Shown one piece after another: positions 1-12,560 of a stretch of 64,000 nt of DNA (positions within the stretch are counted from its first letter, which is position 1; each line of letters starts with the position of its first letter). The position numbers and the translations under genes were made by a program. Source of the DNA: Mobula birostris (Eukaryota); the NCBI RefSeq assembly GCF_030028105.1, contig NC_092400.1:16244001-16308000 (forward strand). The letters are read 5' to 3'. The notes beneath the pieces were generated by a model. It ran no database searches and had not been told where the DNA came from. It worked only from the letters and a program-made list of their open reading frames with translations.

Positions 1-860
1 ATGGAACATACTTGTCCTGTACTTTAAACACCCTCCTCATGTCAGATATGCACATGCCTAAAACCAAATGTCCCAATTAACATTTTTTAGTTCCTGCCTA
101 ATGCTGTTGTAATTTGCCTTTCTCCAGTTTTGTACTCTCTCAAGGCCCATGCTTATCCTTATTTATCGCTGTCTTAAAACATAAGGAGTTGTGATCACTG
201 TTCCCTAACTGCTCACCCACTGTGAGGTCAGTCACCTGGCTAGGCTCATTACCCAACACCAGATTCAATACAGCTCCTCTTCTTGTTGGACTATCTACAT
301 ATTGATTTAAGAAACCCTCCTGGATGAACTTAACTATCTCTGCACTTGGGAGGCAACACACTATCCTGGCATGTCTTTGTTGGCCACAGAATCTCCAGTC
401 CATCCCCTCTAACGATCAAGTCTCCTACCACTGTCACTCTGCCTGACGTTACCCTTCCCTGCGGAGCCTCAGCGCTGGTGACAGTGCCTCTGGCCTGGCT
501 GCTGCTGTTGTGCCCTGATAAGTCATTCCTCTCCTCCCCGCCCCCCGCCCAGCCGTATCCAAGGGGGTTTACTTGTTGCTGAGGGGAACCCTGCACTGAC
601 TGCTTACTCCTGGGGTGTGACCATCTCAGTAAAAGTTTCATCTATGAGGCTTTCAAAATCCCAGATGATCCTGAGTACGTCCAACTCCAGCTTGTTCCTT
701 GACCTTATCAGTCGCAAACAGAAGTTGGGTGCACTTCCTGCAAATTTAGTCATCGGGGAGACTGTCAGCTGCCCTGAAATTCCACATCTCACTGGAGGAG
801 CATTCCACCGTCTTAACCATCCTGCTTACATTGAACTAAGGACTAAATATTGACAGACAA
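1..860 (-). mobile_element. CR1-clade LINE 5' part (ORF1 zinc-finger/esterase and ORF2 endonuclease remnants), internally deleted
   Basis: Minus-strand translations VTVVGDLIVRG and RIVCCLPSA (ORF1 SGNH esterase), KLELDVLRII (ORF1 coiled coil), FLNQYVDSPTRRGAVLNLVLGNEP...GNSDHN (APE endonuclease). Confidence 0.85.
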
Positions 861-1349
861 AAAAAAAGGCTTATTTGTTCTTATCTGTGCTTTCTCTCTG
901 AACCTTTGAGTTTTGCACTCACCTAGTCCACTTACTCAGCCTCTTCTCATCAAGCCTGTTATACCTTTGGCTCAATTTCTCAAGCCCAAGTTCCATAATC
1001 AAAAGCAAATGATAACAAATGACTTAGCACTCTTAGCTTCCGCCTGTTCTCACCGAAGCCTGTTGAACCAAACCCTAATCATCCTAACAATGGCTGCTTA
1101 TTTTTGCCTGTTTTTTATTAAGAATGAAGGATGGGTGGACAATTGGACATTTGTAATTTTGGAGTTTGAACAGTAAGTTCAAACTAATCATTAGGGCATT
1201 TTAAGTGGACAATGGGTGCTTCGGAGCTGAGGACAACTTAAGTATGTGTGTGTTGCATTTTCCATATTTTCCATGCACCAAAAGCTCCATTTTAAGTTAC
1301 CTGCAAGTGCACTTACAATTGCATTTTCCCTAAATGTTTGATTTGTGAA

Positions 1350-1458
1350 TCATATTGCTATTGTATTGCTATATTTATTCTCTATTCTTGGTTGGTGCGG
1401 CTGTAGCGAAACCCAATTTCCCCCGGGATCAATAAAGTATATCTATCTATCTATCTAA
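1350..1458 (+). mobile_element. Rex1/Babar LINE 3' tail ending in (CTAT)n
   Basis: aatttcccccgggatcaataaagta followed by tctatctatctatc. Confidence 0.6.
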
Positions 1459-2021
1459 TCTTATATGAAACCTTATGGGCCCTTTCTCCCCTTGCAGTGC
1501 AGATTAACCATCTCATTCTCCTTGGGTTCATAATAATCGGGTGCCTTCAGTAATGGCCAGCCCTTCCATAGTTTCACCCCAGTTAACGTGTTAAAGATTC
1601 ACCCCAGAAACATTCCCTGAAAGCTTGTATTGCTTTCTTAACACCTCATTCTCAGTTTTAGTCAACTATTGTGGCCAAGGGAGCAAGTTAACATCAATCT
1701 TAACCATTCTCCAGCTCTTTATTTAAAGACAGTGAAAGCCCCAGATGGGTTACTATTTTCTACCCTTACTATTGTCCCCAATCACAGGTGGAATTCATTA
1801 AAGTGGGTACAGTGTATATATCTCATGGCTCCTGGTCCTCCTGGTTCGGACTCTGAGAAGCCAGACACCGCTTCCACACCTGTGTACTTCTGCTCCATGA
1901 AGGGTGGCCTATGAGCATTGCATGGGTTCAACAGACCTGTGGAAGGGCCAGAGCTAAGTAGCATTGCTTTTACTTGATCATGTTTCATAAGGCTCAATTA
2001 TTAGCATAAGTATAGCGCGTG

Positions 2022-2318
2022 TGTCGGCGCGTGGCCAAGTGGTTAAGGCATTCGTCTAGTGATCTGAAGGTCGCTAGTTCGAGCCTTGGCTGAGGCAGCA
2101 TGTTGTGTCCTTGAGCAAGGCACTTAACCACACATTGCTCTGCGATGACACCAGTGCCAAGCTGTATGGGTCCTAATGACAGCATTGGTGGCGTGGAGAG
2201 GGGGGACTTGCTGCATGGGCAACTGCCGTTCTTCCATACAACCTTGCCCAGGCCTGCGCCCTAGAGACCCAAGGTGCAAATCCATGGTCTCATGAGACTA
2301 ACGGATGCCTATTCTATT
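2022..2318 (+). mobile_element. tRNA-derived SINE with CORE-like body and probable RTE-type tail
   Basis: A box TGGCCAAGTGG, B box GTTCGAGCC, body tgtgtccttgagcaaggcacttaac, 3' end gactaacggatgcctattctatt. Confidence 0.75.
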
Positions 2319-2699
2319 CTATAGCACAGAAGAGTTGGGCAGAAATAGGCAGTTCTGTGGTAAACATTCTTATGAAATAAAAGTTGTGTTTTTTTAAATA
2401 TTTTACCAACTTTTTTTTCTCATCTATCAACTCTTGAAACATCATGGGTAGAAAAGCTTTAGCAATATTTGGAATTCCTGTTTTACGGACAATAACATCC
2501 ATAGCTTTTCCATCAACTAATAGCATCATTTTGAAGAGGAAAGCTGGTTCTGATGCTCAAGAGTGTTTGAAAATCAGATGACTGTCAAGCATTTGCCATC
2601 TTGTGTTCAAGTAGGTGCTTCTAATTTCATTGAAGATACTGGCATGAGAAAGCTCAGCTGTTCAAGTTCCTACAAATATTTTGGCAGCCTGGAGTAGCT

Positions 2700-2995
2700 T
2701 AGAACATAAAACAGTACAGCACAGTATGGGGCCCTTTCACCCACGATGTTGTGCCAACCTACATAAAATTGCTCCACAATTAATCTATCCCTTCCCTCCT
2801 ACACAGCACATAACCCTCCCTTCTTCTTACATTCGTCTGTCTATCAGAGAGGGCCTTAAAATGGCCCCTATTGTATTAGCCTCTATCACCACGCCCAGGC
2901 ACCCCTCAGTCACCTCTCAGTCTCTGTGTAAAAAAAGCTACCTCTGACATCTCCCCTAAATTTTCTTCCAATCACTTTAAATGGATGTCTTCTCA
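2700..2995 (-). mobile_element. CR1 LINE 3' end fragment
   Basis: acataaaacagtacagcacagtatggggccc...tgtaaaaaaagctacctctgacatctccc; homologous to the copy at 25765-25995. Confidence 0.7.
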
Positions 2996-3047
2996 TTGTC
3001 TTTTCTGAAAATCCTTGAAAGAACGGAGTTAACTCTGGGTAGAAATA

Positions 3048-3385
3048 ATCTGAATCAGGTTTAATATCACTGCCGTATATCATGAAATTTGTTGTCTTTG
3101 CAGCAGCAGTACTATATATAATAATAGAAAAAATTGTGAATTATAGTAAGGAGATATATATATATATATAATGGTTAAATTAACTAAGTAGTACAAAAAA
3201 AAAGGTAGTGAGGTGGTGTTCATGGATTCCAGGTCCATTCTGAAATCGGATGGCAGAGGGGAAGAAACTGTTCCTGAATCGTTGAGTGTGAGCCTTCAGG
3301 CTTCTGTACCTCCTTCCTGACGGTAGCAATGAGAACAAAGCATGACCTGGCTGAATGGGGGGTCCTTAATGATGGACCCCGCCTT
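3048..3385 (-). mobile_element. Rex1/Babar LINE 3' fragment
   Basis: gaatcaggtttaatatcactg tail; minus-strand VLIATVRKEVQKPE corresponds to the frameshifted LLPSGRRYRS region; homologous to 44358-44817. Confidence 0.75.
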
Positions 3386-4327
3386 TTTGTTGTTTTAAGA
3401 GATTGAGCAAGAGTAAAAGGAGGAAAATAAAGAATAAAATATAACAAATTAATTTAGGCATTTGTGCCCACCAAGCATAGATCTACAGTATATGTTACAG
3501 ATGATACCTGAGGCTATATAGTTGACAAGTATAAATCTGACACTGTGTGTCTGCTGGCTCTTATAGAAAGCACCCAGATTCCCATATCTTTTGCTTGAGA
3601 TGATAAACCCAAGCAGCATTTTCCCACCTTGGTAAACCAAGAAGATGACTGAGAGGAAGAGCAGTGCACTTCTTGCCCAAAATCCATTCAGGTTTAATCC
3701 CCCAAACAAACAGAGTTCGGTCTTCTGCTCTAAGACCAGGGGTGACCTCCTGAGAAAGTCCTCTTCCCCAGGAAAGATACTGGATTAAGTTGGCGGTAGG
3801 ATTTTCCACCTAGTGCAGATGTTGCACTGGTTAGGCCTACAACAAAGTAGCCTAACCACAGGCACGTTCACCAGATGTCAGGGAGAGAGTCTGTGCCCAG
3901 TTATACCTGTGTAAGCATAGCAGTCTTCTGTTGAGTAATGGAGACAGGTGCTCCCAAGAGAAAGATATGAAGATTGTTTTTTTTTATTACTTAAGCTAGT
4001 TTCAATGAATCATTCGATTTGTTCCAGTGTGCTTTTTATCTTTTTTAAATATAAGGAAAAACAACGACTATTTTCACATCCCTCAAGTTTTCCTTCACTG
4101 TTTATGGATAGCAGAGATGCTCACAATATTCAAATGCCCTAGCCACACTAATAGCATTGACAGCCAGTGACCTGGGAGAGCGGTGTCGCCAATTATCAAA
4201 GCCTTGTCTGAGCTGGGGCAATTGAAGGCTGATCATGGTTCCCAGAAGACGATAATGCCCAAGGTCACACAGCATTGTCCAAGAACAGGCAGCTGGTGAT
4301 GAGGCGGCAACAGCAAACTTCTTCCTT

Positions 4328-4480
4328 TAACTGATCATTTGCTGGTTTTTGGGAGCTTGCTGTTCACATTACAGTTTCCACATACAACAGGGACTTCAAA
4401 AAAGTATTTCATTCACTGTAAATAACTTAAAGCCATCTTGAGGCTGAAAAAGTGCTTTATAAATGCATCACTTTCTTCTC
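4328..4480 (+). mobile_element. DeuSINE (SacSINE1-like) 3' remnant
   Basis: gggagcttgctgt...acaacag...acttcaaaaaagtatttcatt...ctgtaaa...tgagg...gctttataaatgca matches the Deu-domain end and L2-type tail as remembered. Confidence 0.6.
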
Positions 4481-5039
4481 ATCTTTATTGAATTGAATGA
4501 ACATCAAATTTATGCCGTGCTTCAGTTCTTTCCTGTTTTATCCTTGAGAGGCAGATTGAAAATCACCCCCAATATTTTCCCTGTGATTGCAAAGTATGTT
4601 CATTAGATGTGTGCTCACAATGTAGATTTTATAAATTGGCCTATTTATCTTGTCACAGCGAGAGTGTCAGCGAGGACAGAGTGTTATCGGGCTGTTTAAT
4701 CTTGCTTTTCTACTTCCAGCTTCATTTCTTTGCTGCACTGATGAGCTCACAGAGTACTGTCAGTGATTGATCTGTGAAGAGCAGAGCAAGATAAAGAGTC
4801 ACCCTCTCCCTGAAAGACCTGCCTGACTTGAATAAGCTGCAGTAATATTCCTGCGCATTCATCCAGGCTGGGGTTTAAACTGTGAGCTCCGGCACTCCAA
4901 AGGTGTGACCCCCAAGTGCTCACACAGCTCTGATACATAACAAAATACCAAGTTTAAATATATAATATTTAATATTTTGTTAATACTCCAAGGAGTTGGG
5001 AAAGAAGGCCACAGTAAGACATAGCTCAGTATTTTTGGT

Positions 5040-5860
5040 TAGCATGAACCAGCCAACTGGGTCTACCCTCTCCACTACTTGGAACCTGCCCCACCACTAA
5101 ATCAGATTTCACTGCAATCTCATCTCCGCACTCCAACCTAACCATAGTAGCCTTTCAACCCCTTGCTTACTAAGAGTTTATCTAAAATGTTCCCATGTTC
5201 TCCATCCCCCATCCTTTGAGGAAGGTGGGAATAAGGGGTATGTGAGAAGGACAGAATAGGTTTGGGTAGGATGAGTGTGAAATGGATGGTTGATGGTCTG
5301 CATAAATTTGGTGGGCTGAATGGCCTGTTTCTGTGTTATATAGCTCTGAGGTAGGTCCAAGGTCTCATGAATCTCTGAAAGAAAAGTTTCTTCACATCTG
5401 TCTTAAACGAGTGACAATTATTTTTAAACAGTGTACCCTAGTTCTACATTCCCTCACAAAAAGAAACACCCACTCCACATCCACATCAAGACACATCAAG
5501 GTATCGTGTTTCAGAGATGTTCCTTCTCTCTCTTTCTAAACTTCAGCACATACTTGACTGTTCAAACTTACCCAGCAACAAACCCACCACTGCGTGTATA
5601 ATCTTGTCTTAATCTTGTAAACCTTCTGTAAATTGCTTCCAATGAATGAACTTCTTTCCTTGAGAAGATGAGTACATTCCAGATGTGGGCTCACCAATGA
5701 CCAACGTAATTGAAACATAACCTCACCACCTTTGTATTCAATTCTCTTTGCAATAAATGATGGTGTTCTGTAAACCTTCCTGAATGCTTTCAGCACCTTC
5801 ATTCTTGTCTCTTACAAATCATGCACAAGGTTTTCCAGAACCTTTCCCATCTCAGATCCC
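5040..5860 (-). mobile_element. Old CR1 LINE 3' fragment, with an oppositely oriented CR1 tail at about 5225-5347
   Basis: Minus-strand FIAKRIEYKGGEVMFQLRWSLVSPHLEC (CR1 RT C-terminus); plus-strand tail gggctgaatggcctgtttctgtg. Confidence 0.7.
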
Positions 5861-6719
5861 TCTCATAATTGTCCACATAGATGATGTGTATCATACTGAC
5901 TGAGGGCAGATTCATCTCAGTGGTGGGGCCTTACAGAGTAGAGGGGGCCCCTGTGTGTAAACACATGCAAAAATGTGAACGGGTCAGATCAAGCCCCAAC
6001 CTGGACGTGAGGCTACCAAACAGACCCGGAGTCTTCCTCATCTACACATGCATATGCCAGTATCTCAAACTTCCTGCCATTCACAACGAAGAATACAGAA
6101 ATCTGCTTTTTTTTTTCTTGTTAATGTTTCTCTCTGAATATTTCAGACTTAATTTTTATTCATAGAAATGAGAACCTGCATGAATCCTGTACTATCTAGC
6201 ATAACAGTACCATGTTCAGACAGTATTGAGGTATTATGTAGTTTTCACTGCATATTATCTACTTATCAGTATCAATAATTATTTCACTTTGGCTAAGGTT
6301 TGTCCAAATCCAACTGTAATCCTCTCAAGTCAATCCATTCTAACAAAAGAATCCTTCTGAGCTCTCATGAATTGGAAGCAGGTCAGTCATTTTTGAGAGT
6401 GTGGCTGTGGACGTAATTGAATGAGATATAAGTGTATGAAAGTTGAGTTTCAAAACCTGAAGTTAAAGTAATCTTTATTTTGCAGCCATACTAAGTTCTT
6501 GTGTGTAGTATAATAAAACCATGTACCTTTGGAAGAAAGTTTCGATCCTTTTGAACAGTGCTTTATCCCAAGTTACACTAAGGAAAAAGCGGCAGCAGCA
6601 ATACTTGGTGTCTTTAACTTTGTAAAAGCTCTAAGGAAATAAATTGACACTGAATGAATATACAATATATTGAAATATACTGTATGTATAAAATATTTAG
6701 CAAAGTAAATTGTCCCAAT

Positions 6720-7200
6720 GGACATCATGGAAGTCTAATCAAACAATACGATACCAAATTCCATAAAATATATAAACATAAATGACTAAGAGTATGGTCC
6801 AGAATAAGATTTAATAGAATATCATAAGGTAGAAAGAGATTTGGAAGCAAAGATGTTTTAAATATTGAAGAGTTTGTGGGTTTGTCAGCTGTTAATAGAA
6901 CTGTCTGGTGGATATCAGAATTGGAGGATCACTGTGGCTTTCAGAGCTGCAGGATTTTTTAAAAATAAGGAGTGGCTAGGCTATCAAATTAAACAAAGGT
7001 CTGATTTTTAGAATTGAAGCTTTATTGGGTTAAGAAATCCCATAGGTCAAAGGCAAGTGAGTATAAGCTGATGAGGCTGTGAAGGCAGCAAAGTTCTGGA
7101 TGAGGTGAAGTTTAGGGAGGGTGGAATATAAGATACATTGGGAGTGGCCAAAGTTGCATTGAATCAGACTCAAAGGACCAAAGAATTTGAGTGTTGAGGA
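6720..7200 (-). mobile_element. Highly decayed L2 LINE 3' fragment
   Basis: Minus-strand LPKLHLIQNFAA resembles the L2 L.KLQLIQNSAA motif. Confidence 0.55.
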
Positions 7201-7659
7201 GATGTAGTAATAAGCATACAAGCACAACAAAGTAACATAAGCCTAACTTATTATCATTAAACAGAAAGAAATATACCGCACTAAATACTACATAGTAAGT
7301 TACAAAGATTGTTGCCGTTGTTGGGGGATCTCCAAATTCAGTGCTCACGAAACCACCCTAGGTTTGGGTCCTAAGCGCCGATCGATTATGATGCTTCGGT
7401 CTAAGTGAAGTTCCAAGAACTGAGGGAAAGGTGCCTCAATAAATAGGGGTTTAATCCACAAGCATAACGAGACACAGAGACAGACAAACTGCTCTTTTGT
7501 TCTCACGCCACTAACTCAGTATGGTTTCTTTCATTCAAGCAACTCGTCTTCATCGACAGACATCCTCATGCACTTGTGCCTTGAGGCCAAGAAAGACTCC
7601 AGTTGCTATCAGCAAACACGAGACATTAACAATCCTACAGGAGATTTCTTGAACTTCTG

Positions 7660-8030
7660 ATAATGCCCCACCCCTTCACCATTCCCCATTCCCATTTCCC
7701 TCTCTCACCTTATCTCCTTAGCTGCCCATCGCCTCCCTCTGGTGCTCCTCGACCTTTTTCTTTCTTCCATGGCCTTCTATCAGATACTCCCTTCTCCAAC
7801 CCTTCATCTCTTTCACCAGTTGACTTCACCGAGCTCTTTACTTCACTCTCACTCCCCCCCCAGTTTCACCTTGAGTTTCTTTCTCTCCTCCCCCAACCTT
7901 CTTACTCTAACTCCTCATCTTTTTTTCTCCAGTCCTGATGAAGGGTCTCAGCCCAAAACGTCAACTGTACCTTTTTCCATAGATGCTGCCTGACCTGTTG
8001 AGTTCCTCCAGCATTGTGTGTGCGTGTTGC
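7660..8030 (+). mobile_element. Penelope-like element 3' region with mutated hammerhead motif
   Basis: Pyrimidine-rich tract, then cagtc-CTGATGA-agggtctcagccc-AAAA-cgtcaactg, then tagatgctgcctgacctgttgagttcctccagc. Confidence 0.8.
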
Positions 8031-8949
8031 AACAATTCTACAGTGTTTAACTTGTACAGACAGCTTGCTACCTTACATGCTGTGTGCTCACAAAGAGTCA
8101 AAGTGTCACTTAGAACTGCTCAGACTTTCATCTAATATTTTTACAAGATTTAATACACTCAGGGAAATAAAAAAAAAGAAAGAGATAGATGGAGAGGCAA
8201 AGTTGTTGAAGGGAGACATTTAGAAGATGAGCTGAGACAGTGGAGTCTCACAAAATTAATGGTGTGGATTTAGGCAGTTTTGGTGATGGTACAAATGTAT
8301 GGTTAGAAAGTCATCTTTGTAACACCAAAATGAGCAGCATATAATCCTATTTTTTTAATCCAATAATTCTTGTACTAGCCTGACACACAGCATGTGTGTT
8401 TTCTTATGCCAGTTGTACTTTTCAAAGCATGATATTCTGTCAGGAACAGAAATGATAGGTAGAAGAGATGAAATAAACTGCAATGGCTGCCTGTGATGTC
8501 CAGATGAGAGGGTCTAATCAGGCTGTTTTATACTGTGGTTCTTCAGTCATTATGTCATTTATGTATATTGTAGTTTGACTTGTGACACAATCCTAAATAA
8601 TTTAATGAATTGTAACTTGGCAGAGATTCAAAAGACTGCAATACCTTCCAGAGAGTGGAGAGCAGTTAGTCACAGCAGTGTCTTTGATTCGTTGTCATAT
8701 TTGATTTTATGATTATGCTCTGTTGAATGCTTTATCAAGCTATTAAGTGCACACTGTTCTGTTAGCTTCTTAAAACAATTTAGAACATTAACCCTGAAAA
8801 TAACTTATCCAAAAGCTACTTGTGGAGAGAAAAATGCAGCCGCGAGAGTATTGCATTATCAGGTTAACAATGCTTGTTGCTTTCAAAGACTATTTTGCAA
8901 TCAGTGCATTGAATAGATATACACAAGAATAATAAGTTACTTTGAAATT

Positions 8950-9235
8950 TTATTTATTTAGATACCGGTGCTGAATAGGCCCTTCCAGCCCTTTGAGCCG
9001 CACCAGCCAGCAACCCCCACTTAACCCTAGCCTAGTCATGGGACACTTTACAATGACCAGTTAACCTACAAACTGGTATATCTTTGAATTGTGGTAGGAA
9101 ACTGGAGCACCCGGTGGAAACCCACATGGTCACAGGGTGAACGTACAAACTCCTTTACAGACAATGGTGGGAATTGAACCTGGGTCCCTAGTACTGTAAA
9201 ACATCGTGCTAGCCACTACACTATTGTGCCCCCCT
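8950..9235 (-). mobile_element. HE1/V-SINE-like tRNA-derived SINE
   Basis: ggaaactggagcacccggtggaaacccaca...gggaattgaacctggg (B box, reverse)...ccactacactattgtgccccc (A box, reverse). Confidence 0.8.
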
Positions 9236-9339
9236 CCAACATAGAAACAGGCCCTTGAACCCATTGAGTCCATACTGATCATCAGCTACCCATCTATATT
9301 TTTCCTATATTAGTGCCACATTTTCACCTCCCATTTTCT

Positions 9340-10380
9340 ACCACTTAGCCGTGCACTAAGGGCAGTGGACTAGGATCAATTAACATGGCAATGGACTAGG
9401 ACCAACTAACATGGCAGTGGACTAGGACCAACTAACATGACAATGGACTAGGACCAACTAACATGACAATGGACTAGGACCAGCTAACATAGCAATGGAC
9501 TAGGACCAATTAACATGGCAGTGGACTAGGACCAACTAACATGGCAGTGGACTAGGACCAATTAACATGGCAATGGACTAGGACCAACTAACATGACTAT
9601 GGACTAGAACCAACTAACATGGTAATGGACTAGGACCAACTAACATGGCAGTGGACTAGGACCAACTAACATGGCAGTGGACTAGGACCAACTAACATGA
9701 CAATGGACTAGGACCAACTAACATGACAATGGACTTCGACCAATTAACATGGCAATGGACTTCGACCAATTAACATGGCAATGGTCTTGGACCAATTAAT
9801 ATGGCAATGGACTAGGACCAACTAACATGACAACGGACTGGAACCAATTAACATGGCAACGGATTAGGACCAACTAACATGGCAGTGGACTAGGACCAAC
9901 TAACATGGCGATGGACTAGGACCAACTAACATGGCAGTGGACTAGAACCGACTAACATGGCAGTGGACTAGGACAGATTAACATGGCAATGGACTAGGAC
10001 CAACTAACATGACAATGGACTAGAACCAACTAACATGGCAATGGACTAGGACCAACTAACATGGCAATGGACTAGGACCAATTAACATGACAATGGACTA
10101 GGACCAACTAACATGGCAATGGACTAGGACCAATTAACATGACAATGGACTAGGACCAATTAAGATAGCAATAGGCTAGGACCAATTTACATGGCAAATA
10201 CACATGCCTAATACACATGCCTTTGTAATGTAGGAATAAACAGGAGGAGACAGAGGAAATTCACATGGTTGCAGAATAATGTACAAACTCTGCATAGATA
10301 GCACCCATGGTCAGGATTGAACCCAGGTCTCTGACACTCTGAGGCAGCAGTTTTTCTAGCCATGTCACTAATGCTGCCCT
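9340..10380 (-). mobile_element. HE1/V-SINE-like SINE split by an internal minisatellite
   Basis: SINE sequence precedes (gtgcactaag) and resumes after the array (ctttgtaatgtagg...caggattgaacccagg...gctgccc). Confidence 0.7.
9361..10197. repeat. Minisatellite: 32 x 26 bp, consensus GGCARTGGACTAGGACCAAYTAACAT
   Basis: Directly visible; register is kept with no indels (unit 31 starts at 10141 = 9361 + 30 x 26). Confidence 0.97.
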
Positions 10381-10449
10381 TAATGTGATACTGTCATAGT
10401 TAATTTGAATATGACACAGAAACCTCCAGATGAATCACTGTATTACATT

Positions 10450-12100
10450 CTTAGTCTGACCATGATATCCTGGGGGATAGTTTTACTGTGGTCAAGTTAT
10501 TCAGCAAAATCAGAGACATTGCCTTGTCTAAGACAATCTCTGACAATTGTGCCACCATCGTAGTCTCCAGCACCGGACTTTAGATGCATGGAAGCTGAAG
10601 GAATGACTGCTAAGGAGGATGCATTAGATTCAGGTGACTTAGGAGCCAGTGTTGGAGGAGTTAGTGGACCTGATGAGATTAGAAGTGTTGGCAGGGGAGA
10701 GCCCATGGAGGAATCTGAAAATGTGGAAGAGAAACCTGAGAACAGTTGTTCCCTAACAAGAACTAACTTGGGTCAGGTGACACAGGAGCTATGGATGAAA
10801 GGGGCATTGCAAGGCAGAACACACTCAGTAGGGATTTGGATGCCATCACGAACGTTAAAATTCTAAAGGCTTCGGAGACAAAGGTGTGGAAGAAGTGTTC
10901 ACTGCAGTGAACTGCTACAGGTTAAAGTGAACACTGCACTGAAAATAGGAATGTGGGAATCTTAGAGATGACACAATCAAGTACACATGACCTTACGGCT
11001 ATGAAGCACCTTGTTCCATTTCAGACAATTACCAGGAAGAGGGATGGAATCAATGAAGAGGAATGTCTTCATGAAAGAAACCAAATAGAATTTTTTTTTG
11101 CATTTGGAGAATTGCAAGTTGGAGAAACTTTCAAGAGAAAACTGAACATGTAGTCAGGAGACCCACACAAAATGGAGGAACCCAGCAGGCCAAGCAGCAT
11201 CTATGGAAAAAAAGTATAGTCGATGTTTTGGGCCAAGGGCAGTATCTGCCAGATTTTCTCTAATTTACATAGTCAGGAGGGTTGTTTCAAAATGGATATG
11301 TGCATTATCAATGTACATATAGAAATTATGTTCCTGGGTGATGTTGCCAAGGGAGAGTTTGTAATGGTGAAGTTTGAAGAAATCAAAGATAGATTCTTAA
11401 AGGACACTCAAAATGATGGTGTGAAAATGGGAGTAGGGGCCATTCCCTGAATAGGTAAAAATTGAACAGAAGATATGGTGGTCCTATCAAACTGATAGAG
11501 GATGATAAGGTCATCAATGAGTTCAGAAAGGTCAACAAGGATAAGGAGGGATGGACTTCCCTCACAATCACACACGGTACGTGAGTGACAGCTCAGAGCT
11601 GCTTTGATAAAGGGGCAAAAGTGGAAAGCTAAGTGAAAGTATGAAAACAAAGAACAATTGCCAAAACATTTGGGAAGCTGCATGTTTCAAGGACTTTGAT
11701 GAGGAAAGGTAGAAAGGAGATGTTTGCAAGGTCAAAAGAGTCAAGGGTGCTTTTCTTTTGAGGTTGGGAATGATGATGCCCATTTTGAATGGGCAAGGAG
11801 ACATTAGCTGAAGGGAGGGAATACGTTAATATTAACAACTAGCATTGAGGCAAAGTTGGGTGGATATGTTTTCGTGGAAACAGTGCTGAGAAGGCAGGAT
11901 TTGGGTCTAATGGACGAGAACAAGTCTGAGAAGAGATCAGAGAGGAGCAAGCAGAAGTGGATAAGGACAGAAATCTGGCACAGAATAAAGGAGTGACATT
12001 AGGAGTTTGGCCTTGTAGACTAAGGCAGGGATAAAAGCATCCAGGCAACCAAATAAATGGTCTTAAAGGTATAAATTTAGTTAGACATTATTGAAAGTGT
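10450..12100 (-). mobile_element. Decayed L2-clade LINE ORF2 (RT) remnant
   Basis: Frameshifted minus-strand motifs PFKMGIIIP, KKSTLDSFDLANISFLPFLIKVLE and SLLILVDLS. Interrupted by a Penelope tail at 11161-11260. Confidence 0.75.
11161..11260. mobile_element. Short Penelope tail insertion flanked by duplicated tagtcaggag
   Basis: cacacaaaatggaggaacccagcaggccaagcagcatctatgg; tagtcaggag occurs at 11151-11160 and 11270-11279. Confidence 0.7.
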
Positions 12101-12464
12101 TGGGTAGGCTAGAGACAGTGTAAAAGATCAGGAGAATTGTTTTTCAAAGGAGGTAGAAAGGTAACTGTGAAAATAAGGCCGATGTTACTTTCTCTTTTTA
12201 GCTTAATTCTGAAGCAGGAGTGATGGTAATTCACGTGATCTAGGTAGATCTGCTTGTAAATGATGAAATCAGTTGTCCAGTATGTCCACTCAAGCCCATG
12301 TCCCATGATTTTAAGGAAATTGAAATAATTCTGCACCAGGAAGTGAGGCCAGAGTGAGAGAAAGAGCTTTAATGGGGGTCAGTGCACTAAGTGTGATGCC
12401 AATTGTTTGTTTGAATAATGAGTAGAGAGCCAAAGGGTAGATTATTTCAAAGTACAGATGTAAG

Positions 12465-12560
12465 AAGGAGCTGCACTTCAAAAGGCATGTCATTGGCTGT
12501 AAAGCACTTAGAGATATCCTGAGGTTATGAAAGATGTAAAGGAAATTCAAAGTCTTTTTA
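12465..12560 (+). mobile_element. DeuSINE/L2-type 3' tail
   Basis: cacttcaaaaggcatgtcattggctgtaaagcactt...tcctgaggttatgaaag; similar to 4390-4480. Confidence 0.55.

Noticed and set aside
2022-2095. tRNA gene
   Set aside because: A and B boxes run into a SINE body with no closing acceptor stem or terminator; the same applies to 42350-42421.
9361-10197. CRISPR-like regular array
   Set aside because: Units are head-to-tail with no unique spacers, there are no cas genes, and the context is a vertebrate SINE.
10588-10866. 92-aa acidic ORF as a host exon
   Set aside because: It lies antisense to a decayed L2 LINE remnant and has no TMEM132 similarity.
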